Assembly (NCBI GenBank): GCA_037137535.1
Contig: JBAXKC010000010.1
Coordinates: forward strand, 1-64,000
Source of the DNA: a bacterium
GTDB lineage: Bacteria > Cyanobacteriota > Vampirovibrionia > Gastranaerophilales > JBAXKC01
Direction of reading: 5' to 3'
DNA length: 64,000 nt
Positions 1 through 9,624 of the stretch are shown in pieces. The position numbers and the translations under genes are program-made. Below the pieces are notes generated by a model that saw nothing but the letters and a program-made list of their open reading frames with translations, made no database searches and had not been told where the DNA came from. Every line of letters begins with the position of its first letter. Positions within the stretch are counted from its first letter, which is position 1.

Positions 1-95
1 TTCTTTATTCTAACTCGATTCTATCGGAGAATCAGACAAATTATTTAAGCTCCCTAACAAACAGCCTAGATACTTAATCTAAGCTGTTTTTAATA

Positions 96-362
96 TTAAT
101 ATCCACTTTTATCAACATCTAAATCAGAATATTGATCAATTAATTCAGTAACTTCGTAATCATCTTCGACTTCCGTTTCAAAATCATTATTTGAAGAATC
201 TATTCCATAAGACACCCGATTACCTTCACTTTGACACGATAATATAATTTCACGACTTTCAGTTTCAGGAAGGTCGTCTTCTTCATCAAGAACTAGAACT
301 TCACATTCGAGATATTTTTTAAGTTCAGCAGAATATATCTGTTTTGATATAGTATGAGCCAT
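96..362 (-). CDS. Small acidic hypothetical protein (88 aa)
   Basis: ORF with a purine-rich RBS (AAGGGGGGCGAAGAGT) upstream and a hairpin (~58-90) downstream; very D/E-rich; no family recognised. Confidence 0.6.
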   Translation of the reverse strand: MAHTISKQIYSAELKKYLECEVLVLDEEDDLPETESREIILSCQSEGNRVSYGIDSSNNDFETEVEDDYEVTELIDQYSDLDVDKSGY

Positions 363-633
363 ACTCTTCGCCCCCCTTTACAATCCATACTATAAGTTTA
401 ACATTTAGAGCGGGTTATTAAATCAGGCTAAATTCTCGTCTTTAAGAGAGGCAATAATAATATTGTTTAATAGTCAAAAGAATAAGAGTTTAATGTATAG
501 AATTTATTAAATTTAATGCAAGTATGTTTATTGTTGATATATAATTATAGTGCGGTTACACGTTTATAGCTCAAAACTTAATTTTTTAATAAAAGTTAAA
601 TCGATAATAAACATAATTTGAATTTTAAAATAA

Positions 634-2052
634 ATGAAAATACAAGAAGCAAACAAAAACAAAATAATCATTGATAAACTAATAATTAAAGAATTTGAAG
701 CTATTCTTGGAAAAGATTATGTTTTAACTTCATACGAAGAACGTTATTGCTATTCTTATGATGCAAGCCCGATAAGCACTAAAGAAAAATATCTGCCTGA
801 TATAGTTTTACTGCCCGAAAACGCTATGCAAATAAGTAAAATACTTCAGATAGCAAATAAAAATAATCTTCCAATTACAACAAGAGCGGCGGGAACTAAT
901 CATGTAGGCGGCTGTTTGCCCATCTATGGCGGAATAGTCATACACACATCGAGATTAAATAAAATAATCACAGTAGATACGGAAAATCTTATTTGCACAG
1001 CACAAGCAGGAGTCCCACTCTATAAAATTCATCAGGAAGTTGAAAAACAAGGTCTATTTTATCCGCCCGACCCATGCAATTTAAGAGTTTCAACTCTTGG
1101 AGGCAGTATAGCTATGTCATCAGGAGGTCCTAGAGGTTTTAAATATGGTTGTACAAAAGATTATATTCTTGAACTTGAAGTAGTTCTAGCCGATGGAAAT
1201 ATAATAAAAACAGGTGCTAAAACGGTAAAAAATGTTACGGGTTATAATTTAACACAATTATTTATAGGCTCTGAAGGCACTCTTGGAATAGTAACAGAAG
1301 CGACTTTAAAACTAATACCAAAGCCTGAAACAAGAAAAGTATTTATGGCTTTTTTCAATTCGATTGATGAAGCATCCAACACAGTTACTTCGATAATTTC
1401 TGATAAAATTGTACCTTCAACTCTTGATTTACTTGATAAATCAACGTTACAAACCATAGAAAAGTTTAACCCCACAGGGCTTCCAACTGACATGGAAGCG
1501 GCGCTTCTAGTTGAAATAGACGGAAGTCAAGCTATTATAGAAGAACAAGCAAATAAAATCACGACCATCTGCAATAAATATAATGCTAAATATATTAAAA
1601 TTTCTACAAATAATGAAGAAGCCGAAGAAATATGGACTGCTCGAAGAGCTGCATTTGGCGCAGTATCAAGACTAAGACCGAATGTAATCACAGAAGATAC
1701 GGTAGTTCCAAGAAATAAAATCCCTGAAATGATAAGAGAAATAAAAAAACTTGCAGAAAAATACAATATATTAACGTGCATAATGGGACATGCAGGAGAT
1801 GGAAATATACACCCTAATTTTTCACTTGATTTAAGAAATCAAGATGAAGTTGAAAGATTTGAGCTATTAGTTGATGAATTAATTGAAATAACAATAAAAC
1901 TGGGTGGAACTCTGTCAGGTGAGCATGGAATAGGATTAACCAAACTAAAATATATGCCTAAAGCAGTTGATCCGATACAAACAGCAATAATGAAGCAAAT
2001 TAAAACTATATTTGACCCTAAAGACATATTGAACTCAGGAAAAATGATCTAA
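634..2052 (+). CDS. glcD: FAD-linked oxidase, glycolate oxidase subunit GlcD / D-lactate dehydrogenase-like
   Basis: FYPPDP, GSEGTLG, GHAGDGNIHP and SGEHGIG motifs of the FAD_binding_4/FAD-oxidase_C family; directly abuts a glcF-like gene. Confidence 0.85.
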   Translation: MKIQEANKNKIIIDKLIIKEFEAILGKDYVLTSYEERYCYSYDASPISTKEKYLPDIVLLPENAMQISKILQIANKNNLPITTRAAGTNHVGGCLPIYGGIVIHTSRLNKIITVDTENLICTAQAGVPLYKIHQEVEKQGLFYPPDPCNLRVSTLGGSIAMSSGGPRGFKYGCTKDYILELEVVLADGNIIKTGAKTVKNVTGYNLTQLFIGSEGTLGIVTEATLKLIPKPETRKVFMAFFNSIDEASNTVTSIISDKIVPSTLDLLDKSTLQTIEKFNPTGLPTDMEAALLVEIDGSQAIIEEQANKITTICNKYNAKYIKISTNNEEAEEIWTARRAAFGAVSRLRPNVITEDTVVPRNKIPEMIREIKKLAEKYNILTCIMGHAGDGNIHPNFSLDLRNQDEVERFELLVDELIEITIKLGGTLSGEHGIGLTKLKYMPKAVDPIQTAIMKQIKTIFDPKDILNSGKMI

Positions 2053-3294
2053 ATGAAAAAGCTGGAAGAATATACCGAAGATATATACAAATGCACAAAA
2101 TGCGGATTATGTCAGGCTGTATGCCCACTATATGAACTATTAGGAAAAGAAACAGCCGTATCAAGAGGAAAATTTGCATTATTAAACGGTATTTTACAAA
2201 ATGAAATAAAAATAACACCAAAAATAAGAGAAGCTATGGATTTATGCTTGAGCTGCAAAGCCTGCGATGACTTTTGCCCCAGCGGAATTTCTGCCGAAGA
2301 AATAATTTTAGCCGCCAGAGCAAAATGCTCTGAAACAATAGGAATACCGATAATAAAGCAACTGATTAATCAAACTCTGGCTAATAACTATATTTTAAGG
2401 ACATTAGCTATATTTCTTTATATTTATAAATTTTTAAAACTAAATATAATAACAGAAAAATTACCCTCCTCAAGCAAAATTGGGAATTTGTTTTCTACAC
2501 TTAACTCTTTTTTATATGAAGAAATAAAATATGAAAAGTCCAAAACTATAATTGCAAAAAAAGATACAAAAATTATGTATTTTCCAGGTTGTGTAAACAA
2601 TTTTTTTAATAAAAGTGTTTATAATTCCTTAAAAATAATTTTAGAAACAAACGGTTATGAGCTAATAAAAACTCCCGATTTTTCTTGCTGCGGAATGACC
2701 GCTAGAAATGTTGGAGATTTAAAAACATATAACAAACTTGCAAAAAAAAACTTAAATAAAATCAATAATGACATAGACTATCTCGTAGTTGATTGTGCCT
2801 CTTGTTACACAGCACTATTAGACTATGAAAAGCTAACCGATGAAAAATTAAAACAAAAAGCAGAAAAGATAAAAACTAAAATTATTCACATAAATGAACT
2901 GCTTTTAAAGCTAGACATAAACTTTGAAACAAATAATACAGAACAAAATCTAAATGTTACATATCATGAACCCTGCCACCTCAAAAGACATAAAAACTTA
3001 ACAAAATACTCTAAAAATATAATAAATAAAATTCAAAATGTAACGTTGACTGAAATGGAAGAAACACAAAAATGTTGCGGAATGGCAGGAACTTTTATAA
3101 TATGTAATTCCTCTATATCAAAAGAGATAACAAACATTAAAATCAATAATATAAAAAATACAAATTCATCAATCATATTAACTGACTGTTCAGGGTGCAA
3201 GATTGGTCTGATAAAAGGAACAAATAAACTAAACATACCAGTAATTCAACCAATTGAGCTGATTGCAAAATTTTATAAAGATAAGAAATATTAA
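2053..3294 (+). CDS. glcF: Fe-S oxidoreductase, glycolate oxidase iron-sulfur subunit GlcF-like
   Basis: Two 4Fe-4S motifs (CTKCGLCQAVCP, CLSCKACDDFCP) and two CCG domains (YFPGC..CCG; YHEPCH..CCG). Confidence 0.85.
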   Translation: MKKLEEYTEDIYKCTKCGLCQAVCPLYELLGKETAVSRGKFALLNGILQNEIKITPKIREAMDLCLSCKACDDFCPSGISAEEIILAARAKCSETIGIPIIKQLINQTLANNYILRTLAIFLYIYKFLKLNIITEKLPSSSKIGNLFSTLNSFLYEEIKYEKSKTIIAKKDTKIMYFPGCVNNFFNKSVYNSLKIILETNGYELIKTPDFSCCGMTARNVGDLKTYNKLAKKNLNKINNDIDYLVVDCASCYTALLDYEKLTDEKLKQKAEKIKTKIIHINELLLKLDINFETNNTEQNLNVTYHEPCHLKRHKNLTKYSKNIINKIQNVTLTEMEETQKCCGMAGTFIICNSSISKEITNIKINNIKNTNSSIILTDCSGCKIGLIKGTNKLNIPVIQPIELIAKFYKDKKY

Positions 3295-3393
3295 ATTTTC
3301 TTTTATATTCAAAAAAAAACACTTACATGAAAAGAAAACATAGTATATAATAATTCACATGTGCTGGAGTTTATGGAAGAAAAAGAGGTAACA

Positions 3394-3942
3394 ATGAAAA
3401 ATTCTAAAAAGGGCTTTACACTTGCTGAAGTTCTCGTAACATTGACTATTATCGGTGTAATTGCAGCTTTAACACTTCCCCTTTTAATGGGCGGAACAAA
3501 CACTGCTTCCTTCAAAACAGGTTATAAAAAAGCTATATCTGTATTAAGCCAAGCAATCATGATGAATCAATCTAAAGATTTGAATGGTCCTAACCTTTGT
3601 GCAGCTTGCGATCAAGCTGGAGCAACAGGATCACAAGCACTGGCTACTTATTTTGCAAGTAGTATTAATACTCTTGGAGCACCTGCTGCCGGTGTATTCA
3701 CATCAGCTGATGGAATGGTATTTACATTTACTCACTCTGCTACTGCTACCGGTTGCGCAGATGACACAGTTTTTGCTAATGCTGTATGTACTGTTATGGT
3801 TGATGTTAACGGCGCTAAAGCACCTAATGCTCTTACTACAGGGGCAACATCTACAACACTTAAAGATAGATTTAATATTATTATTCAATCATCTGGAGTA
3901 ATACCTGGGGATGCAGGAGCTCTTGCTGTATCTCAAAATTAA
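3394..3942 (+). CDS. Type IV pilin-like protein, paralog 1
   Basis: Class III signal KKG|FTLAEVLVTLTIIGV; start moved to ATG 3394 (GAGG RBS). Confidence 0.9.
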   Translation: MKNSKKGFTLAEVLVTLTIIGVIAALTLPLLMGGTNTASFKTGYKKAISVLSQAIMMNQSKDLNGPNLCAACDQAGATGSQALATYFASSINTLGAPAAGVFTSADGMVFTFTHSATATGCADDTVFANAVCTVMVDVNGAKAPNALTTGATSTTLKDRFNIIIQSSGVIPGDAGALAVSQN

Positions 3943-3963
3943 TTAATAATATCTGGAATAGTC

Positions 3964-3995
3964 AAAACCGAACTTTTAATAAAGTTCGGTTTTGT
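3964..3995 (+). terminator. Intrinsic terminator after pilin 1
   Basis: AAAACCGAACTTT / AAAGTTCGGTTTT stem followed by T-rich sequence. Confidence 0.75.
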
Positions 3996-4106
3996 TGTAT
4001 ATAAATAAAGATTAAAAATATTAAATATATACAGAAAACTTTATTTATATATTTAGATAAGTAGATTATAATAATTTAATCTGTATTGATAAAAAAAGGG
4101 GTTCAC

Positions 4107-4655
4107 ATGAAAAATTTCAAAAAGGGCTTTACACTTGCTGAAGTTCTCGTAACATTAACCATTATAGGTGTAATTGCCGCTTTAACTCTTCCTCTGTTAA
4201 TGGGTGGAACAAACACTGCTTCCTTTAAAACAAGTTATAAAAAAGCAATATCTACGCTAAATCAAGGAATTAAGCTTAATCAAGCTACAGATATGAGTGA
4301 CCCTGGAACCTGTCCTGGTTGTGATTCAGCTGGTGCAACAGGAGCTCAAGCACTGGCGTCTTATTTTTCCAACGGTATAAAAACACTTGGAGGCGCAACA
4401 GGCGGCGTATTTACTACACAGGATGGTATGGTATTTACATTTAATCACTCAGGTACAGCTTCTGCTTGCGATGATGCAACAGTTTTTACTTCTGCTGTAT
4501 GTACTGTTGTAGTCGATGTTAATGGTCCTAAAGCACCTAATGCAGTTACAACAGGCGCAACACCCTCAACAATTAAAGATCAGTTCAATATGATTGTACA
4601 ATCATCAACGGTAATACCTGGTGATGCTGGAGCTATTGCTGTATCTAAAAGCTAA
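4107..4655 (+). CDS. Type IV pilin-like protein, paralog 2
   Basis: KKG|FTLAEVL signal; 5' end nearly identical to paralog 1; start at ATG 4107 (AAGGGG RBS). Confidence 0.9.
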   Translation: MKNFKKGFTLAEVLVTLTIIGVIAALTLPLLMGGTNTASFKTSYKKAISTLNQGIKLNQATDMSDPGTCPGCDSAGATGAQALASYFSNGIKTLGGATGGVFTTQDGMVFTFNHSGTASACDDATVFTSAVCTVVVDVNGPKAPNAVTTGATPSTIKDQFNMIVQSSTVIPGDAGAIAVSKS

Positions 4656-4725
4656 TGAAAACTCAAAGCAATATTGATACAGTTAGACTTTATAATTTAA
4701 TTAAAGAGTTAAATCGAGTTATAAA

Positions 4726-5307
4726 ATGGAAAACTTAAAAAAAGGCTTTACATTAGCTGAAGTATTAGTAACATTAACCATTATCGGAGTTCTTGCAGCG
4801 TTAACTCTTCCTCTTTTAATGAGTGGAACGAATGAAGTAGAAGCAAAAACCTCTGTAAAAAAAGCAATGCTGGTCTTAAATCAATCAATGAAGAAAAACA
4901 TGGCAGATAACTCAACAGATGGTTCTAGCTGTACAGGTTGTAACTTAGCAAGCACCAATGGAGAGAAAGCATTAGCAAAATTTTTTGCAGCTAATATAAA
5001 AACATTAAATTTCACACCTGATGTTGATATTGATTTTTATACCCCAGACGGAATGAGATTTATTTTTTACCATAATTCATCATCATCATATTGTGATGAC
5101 TCGACAGTTAACATAAATTCCGCTGTCTGTGGAGTAACAGTTGATATAAATGGAAATAGAGGACAAAGCCGAAATGGTGGGACTCAATATTACTCACCTG
5201 ATGTTAACCCTACTTATACAGATTTATATAGATTTGTAATAAGAACAAACGATGTAACACCAACAGACTGTGACGGACAAATAGCGATAAAAGCATTAAA
5301 AAGCTAA
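4726..5307 (+). CDS. Type IV pilin-like protein, paralog 3 (more diverged)
   Basis: KKG|FTLAEVL signal, CxxC, DG and VDING motifs shared with paralogs 1-2. Confidence 0.9.
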   Translation: MENLKKGFTLAEVLVTLTIIGVLAALTLPLLMSGTNEVEAKTSVKKAMLVLNQSMKKNMADNSTDGSSCTGCNLASTNGEKALAKFFAANIKTLNFTPDVDIDFYTPDGMRFIFYHNSSSSYCDDSTVNINSAVCGVTVDINGNRGQSRNGGTQYYSPDVNPTYTDLYRFVIRTNDVTPTDCDGQIAIKALKS

Positions 5308-5329
5308 TTAAAATACTTAGATTATCTTT

Positions 5330-5366
5330 CAAAGCCGAGCTTAATATAGTTCGGCTTTGTTTTTTA
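5330..5366 (+). terminator. Intrinsic terminator after pilin 3
   Basis: CAAAGCCGAGCT / AGTTCGGCTTTG stem with T-tract; similar in sequence to the hairpin at 3964. Confidence 0.75.
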
Positions 5367-5446
5367 TTTAAATATTATTTTATTATTGTTGATGATAAAA
5401 TAAATCTGACGATATTAATCAGAATTAATTAGTTAAGGAGTAGGAA

Positions 5447-6919
5447 ATGTCCGTTAAGAATGAACTTCTTTACAAAACAGCAAAAGAATTAAGAACAGCT
5501 CTTGATAATAGAGAAATTTCTGCAAAAGAAATATTAGACAGCACATACTCAAGATTAGAAGAAGTAGAAGACAAAGTTCAATCATATAATTCATTAACAA
5601 AAGAATTAGCATATGAAACAGCAAAAGAAGTTGACGAAAAAATCAAAAATGGTGAGAAAATATCACCTTTAGCTGGCATTCCTATTGCGGTAAAAGATAA
5701 TATAAACGTAAAAGGATATAAAACAACTGCAAGCAGTAAAATGCTAGAAAACTTTGTTTCTCCTTATGATGCAACTGTTTCAAAAAAAATAAAAGAAAAT
5801 TTGATTCCTGTAGTCGGCAAAGTTAACCTTGATGAATTTGCGATGGGCAGTTCAACAGAAAACAGCGCCTTCAAAAAAACCTGCAATCCATGGAATCTTA
5901 ATCATGTTCCTGGTGGAAGTTCTGGAGGTTCTGCTTCATCAGTCGCTGCTGGGCAAGCTACAATTTCTTTAGGTTCAGATACAGGTGGAAGTATTAGACT
6001 TCCTGCCAGTTTTTGCGGTGTAGTCGGAATGAAACCTACTTATGGAAGTGTTTCAAGATTTGGACTTATTGCTTTTGCAAGCAGTTTAGATCAAATCGGT
6101 CCTCTCGGGCTTTGTGTTGAAGACGTTGCAATGACACTTGAAGCAATCAGCGGTTATGATGCAAACGACTCGACCTCTCTTGAAGTAGCTGTTCCTAAGT
6201 ACACAGAGACATTAAAAAATGGAATAAAAGATTTAAGAATCGGTGTTATTTCAGAATTACTCGGTGAAGGAGTAGATCCTGAAGTTAAAGCCTCAGTTGA
6301 AGCGGCAATAAAAGTTTATGAAAGTTTAGGAGCAAAAATCGAAGAAATTTCGCTTCCTCATAATAAATATGCCATTGCTACTTACTATATTCTTGCAACA
6401 GCAGAAGCTAGTGCTAACCTTGCAAGATATGACGGAGTAAAATACGGATACAGAACACCTGATGCTGAAAATATTATGGAAATGTACACTAAAACCAGAG
6501 CCGAAGGCTTTGGCGATGAAGTAAAAAGAAGAATAATGCTTGGAACTTATGCTTTAAGTTCAGGATATTATGATGCATATTATAAAAAAGCACAACAAGT
6601 CAGAGCCTTAATGAAACAAGACTTTGATAAAGCTTGGCAACATGTTGATATTCTTATTTCCCCAACATGTCCGTCAACGGCTTTTGAATTCGGTTCAAAA
6701 GTTGCTGATCCACTAAGTATGTATTTAATGGACATTGCAACTATTACCGCTAACCTTGCAGGAATCCCCGGAATGAGTTTACCTTGCGGATTTGACAGCA
6801 AAGGATTACCAATAGGCTTACAAATATTAGGTCCTGCACTTTCAGAAGAGACAATGTTAAGAGCAGCATACGCTTTTGAACAAGCAGTTAATATAAATAC
6901 AAAAAGACCTAATCTTTAA
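5447..6919 (+). CDS. gatA: Asp-tRNA(Asn)/Glu-tRNA(Gln) amidotransferase subunit A
   Basis: Amidase signature GGSSGGSA, GSDTGGSIR, NLARYDG, EVKRRIMLGTYALSSGYYDAYY. Confidence 0.97.
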   Translation: MSVKNELLYKTAKELRTALDNREISAKEILDSTYSRLEEVEDKVQSYNSLTKELAYETAKEVDEKIKNGEKISPLAGIPIAVKDNINVKGYKTTASSKMLENFVSPYDATVSKKIKENLIPVVGKVNLDEFAMGSSTENSAFKKTCNPWNLNHVPGGSSGGSASSVAAGQATISLGSDTGGSIRLPASFCGVVGMKPTYGSVSRFGLIAFASSLDQIGPLGLCVEDVAMTLEAISGYDANDSTSLEVAVPKYTETLKNGIKDLRIGVISELLGEGVDPEVKASVEAAIKVYESLGAKIEEISLPHNKYAIATYYILATAEASANLARYDGVKYGYRTPDAENIMEMYTKTRAEGFGDEVKRRIMLGTYALSSGYYDAYYKKAQQVRALMKQDFDKAWQHVDILISPTCPSTAFEFGSKVADPLSMYLMDIATITANLAGIPGMSLPCGFDSKGLPIGLQILGPALSEETMLRAAYAFEQAVNINTKRPNL

Positions 6920-6934
6920 TCGTATAAAACCTTT

Positions 6935-6971
6935 AAAACAGATGTGAATTAAGTTTCACGTCTGTTTTTTT
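6935..6971 (+). terminator. gatA terminator
   Basis: AAAACAGATGTGAA / TTCACGTCTGTTTT stem with T-tract. Confidence 0.8.
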
Positions 6972-7063
6972 ATATTTATCTCCAATAAAATAATTGATAA
7001 AACGTAATGCGAAACTTGCTTCAATACTGACTAAATTATTTCATCACATGGAAATTTCGATGT

Positions 7064-7354
7064 CTAAAGCCATCCAGGGCTGTTCAATTCTATTAAATCC
7101 ATTTCAAGCTCATTTTTATTAATTCCCTGCAAGATATTTCTTATTGTTGTATATGCAGGTCTTTTCTTCCATTTTAACTTAAATCTACTCTTTAATTTTC
7201 CAAAATGAATCTCAAAAAAGCTTTCTATTTCTCGATAAGAAGCGGCACCACTTAAAATAGCGAGTATTGAAAAGAAAATGATAAATCTAAGTTCATACTG
7301 CTTGGCTTGATTTCTTCTAGCATCAGGTATTTGATTTAAAAAATCTAGCAACAT
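7064..7354 (-). pseudogene. Truncated ISAs1 transposase (N-terminal DDE_Tnp_1-associated region only)
   Basis: IPDARR..YEL..IIFFSILAILSGA..Y.EIE.F..PAYTTIRNIL matches ISAs1 N-termini; reading frame runs into the TIR with no DDE core. Confidence 0.88.
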
Positions 7355-7427
7355 TTAATTTCTCCGAGTTGTTTTTTTCCTCAGTAGAATTTTGACACAT
7401 TTTTACTTTTTAAATTGAACAGCCCTG
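7075..7427 (-). mobile_element. Internally deleted ISAs1-family element (353 bp)
   Basis: Perfect 15-bp TIRs CAGGGCTGTTCAATT (7075-7089 / 7413-7427); 10-bp direct repeat TAAAGCCATC at 7065-7074 and 7428-7437; CAGGG ends and ~10-bp TSD match ISAs1. Confidence 0.93.
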
Positions 7428-7662
7428 TAAAGCCATCGACTTCCTTTTTATTTTTCAAAAAATAAAAAGGAAGCAAAAACAAAAACACAGCAGCTCTAAC
7501 CGCTACTGGCTTCTTTTCTTACTCTTTGATTTGTTAAAAGCAAAATAATTCTTGAGAAAAGAAGCAAACCGCTCGGGTAATGCGATTTTAAATACAATTT
7601 AAAAAAAAATCAATTGGATTGATATAGCAAAAAAAACTCCGTTAAAAACGGAGTTTTGGAAA

Positions 7663-8529
7663 TTATTTCTTTTGGAAAATGATAATGTATTCATGTTTAA
7701 AGATGTAGAATCCACCTGCTAAAGCTCTGTATCTCCAAAGGTTGGTCTGTTTACCTTTACCGATTTCATTACCCTCAATATTTTTTACGATAATTGATTT
7801 TGTTTTAAAGCCAACATCGTTCATTTTTTGCATACATTGGAAACCAAGCGGTGTAAGTTCACCTTTTCCATATTTATCGCCAATAATTAAAGCGGCATAT
7901 CTACCTTTTTCAAGTGAATCGAAACCATTTTGAGCAACTTTTTCAAACATATCAAGGAAATGTTCGGTTGATTCACAATTTGATAAATCTCTTTCAAGGT
8001 TGCTGAATTTAATAATATCAGCATAAGGAGGATGAAGTACTAAAAATTGAGCTTTATCTTGACCAAATTTAGCAAGAGCTTTGTCAATTTTTTTTGTTAT
8101 GACATCTGAAGAACTATCACCACAAATAACTTGAACGTTTTCATCTCTATTTTCTTCAGGAAATTTTTGTTTTACATAGTCAGCCATATCTTGCTTAATT
8201 TCAACACCGACACATCTTCTGTCCATGTTTACTGCTTCAATTGCTGAAGTGCCAGATCCGAGGAACATGTCTAATACAACATCACCTGGTTTTGTAAATC
8301 TTGAATAAAATTGATTTGCAATTTGAGGAATATAATTGCCATGATAGTCAAATTTATGTCCATTACCTCTAGCTCTGTTGGTAAAGTTCCATAAAGTTCC
8401 TGTTTCTATATGTTCGTATGCTTTCCAGTTGTTTAAATCAATGTCATTGTATGCTTTTGTTTTTTTTACTTTGTCGTTTCCATCAACAACTCTTAAATCC
8501 ACTCCGGTTAATTTACTATTTACAGCCAC
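7663..8529 (-). CDS. Orphan SAM-dependent amino-methyltransferase (N4/N6 DNA MTase or TRM11-like)
   Basis: VLDMFLGSGT (motif I) and LHPPY (motif IV variant); no restriction enzyme adjacent. Confidence 0.8.
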   Translation of the reverse strand: MAVNSKLTGVDLRVVDGNDKVKKTKAYNDIDLNNWKAYEHIETGTLWNFTNRARGNGHKFDYHGNYIPQIANQFYSRFTKPGDVVLDMFLGSGTSAIEAVNMDRRCVGVEIKQDMADYVKQKFPEENRDENVQVICGDSSSDVITKKIDKALAKFGQDKAQFLVLHPPYADIIKFSNLERDLSNCESTEHFLDMFEKVAQNGFDSLEKGRYAALIIGDKYGKGELTPLGFQCMQKMNDVGFKTKSIIVKNIEGNEIGKGKQTNLWRYRALAGGFYIFKHEYIIIFQKK

Positions 8530-8700
8530 AGTACGACTCTCCCCATCTAAAATAAGTGATTTACTCTACAAATAATATACCTAACTTATTTGAATAGTAG
8601 ATCATACTTTTAGATGAGATTTAAAAAATTTCTCTAAATAAATTCCAACTTTAGCATTATAAAATACTCATAAATCACATGATAAACCTAGGTTTAGGGA

Positions 8701-8982
8701 TTATTAAACTTATTTTTTATAATTTAATTTTACATTCACTATCCGAGCGGTTTGCTTCTTTTCTCAAGAATAATTTTATTTTTAACAACTCAAGGGTTGA
8801 GAAAATAAGCCAGTAGCGGTCAGAGCGGCAATGTTTTTGTTTTGCTTCCTTTTTATTTTTCAAAAAATAAAAGTGAGTTGATGGATTTAGACCTCGAAAT
8901 CATTGAGTAATTAACTAATTTTAGTAGAGATAGAAATAAGCTCTGCATTCTATTTTCGAAATTATTTTATTGGATAAATATA
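8701..8982 (+). repeat. MITE-like dispersed repeat, copy B
   Basis: Shares CCGAGCGGTTTGCTTCTTTTCTCAAGAA..AGCCAGTAGCGGT..GATGG..AATTATTTTATTGGA with copies A and C; left end degenerate, boundary approximate. Confidence 0.8.
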
Positions 8983-9078
8983 ATTGCTTAACAAAAAAAT
9001 ATATAGATCAACTTAAATTATTTTTTGTTAATGGTTATCATTAGTAATGTTTTGTCTTATAATTTTATATAGAATAAA

Positions 9079-9624
9079 ATGTGTTCGGAGATAAACTTGA
9101 ACAATATACTTGTAAGAAAAATGAAATCAATCGATATATCACAGATAATGGAGATCGAAAGTGTATCCTTCGGTGCTCATCATTGGACTGAAACTTCTTT
9201 TGATTGCGAAATAAGTAATAGCATAGGAAGTTATTTTGTAGCGATCAATCAAGAAACTAATCAACTTGTTGGTTATTGCGGATTCTGGTTAATTTGTGAA
9301 GAAGCTCATATTACAACAATTGCCGTTAGACCCGAATGCAGAAAAATGAGAATTGGCGAGCTTTTACTCCGTTCTATGATTGAAGAAGGTTATAAAAAAG
9401 AAGCAAAATGGTTTACCTTAGAAGTAAGGGCGAGTAATTTTGCGGCTCAAAACCTGTATTATAAATATGGATTTAAAAGTTTAGGTTCAAGAAAAAATTA
9501 TTATCAGGACAATGGTGAAGATGCTTTAATAATGTGGACAGAAAATATTTGGTATGAGTCATTTAAATCTAACTATAACCAGTTAAATCAAAATAAAAAT
9601 TTAATGGAAACCAATAATGTATAA
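9079..9624 (+). CDS. rimI: Ribosomal protein alanine N-acetyltransferase
   Basis: EAHITTIAV, TLEVRASN.AA..LY.KYGF..G.RKNYY..EDALIM. Confidence 0.92.
   Translation: MCSEINLNNILVRKMKSIDISQIMEIESVSFGAHHWTETSFDCEISNSIGSYFVAINQETNQLVGYCGFWLICEEAHITTIAVRPECRKMRIGELLLRSMIEEGYKKEAKWFTLEVRASNFAAQNLYYKYGFKSLGSRKNYYQDNGEDALIMWTENIWYESFKSNYNQLNQNKNLMETNNV

Larger units (their letters stand above)
6971..7626 (-). repeat. MITE-like ~285-bp dispersed repeat, copy A (interrupted by a mini-ISAs1)
   Basis: After removing 7075-7437, the reverse complement aligns by eye along its length with 19244-19529 and 8701-8982; ends TTGGATTGATATA at 7614-7626. Confidence 0.85.

Noticed and set aside
1-95. Possible 3' end of an upstream gene
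   Set aside because: Too little sequence to support a call; only a terminator-like hairpin is visible.
2742-2750. A9 homopolymer in glcF as a phase-variation tract
   Set aside because: The gene is in frame and such runs are common at this AT content.
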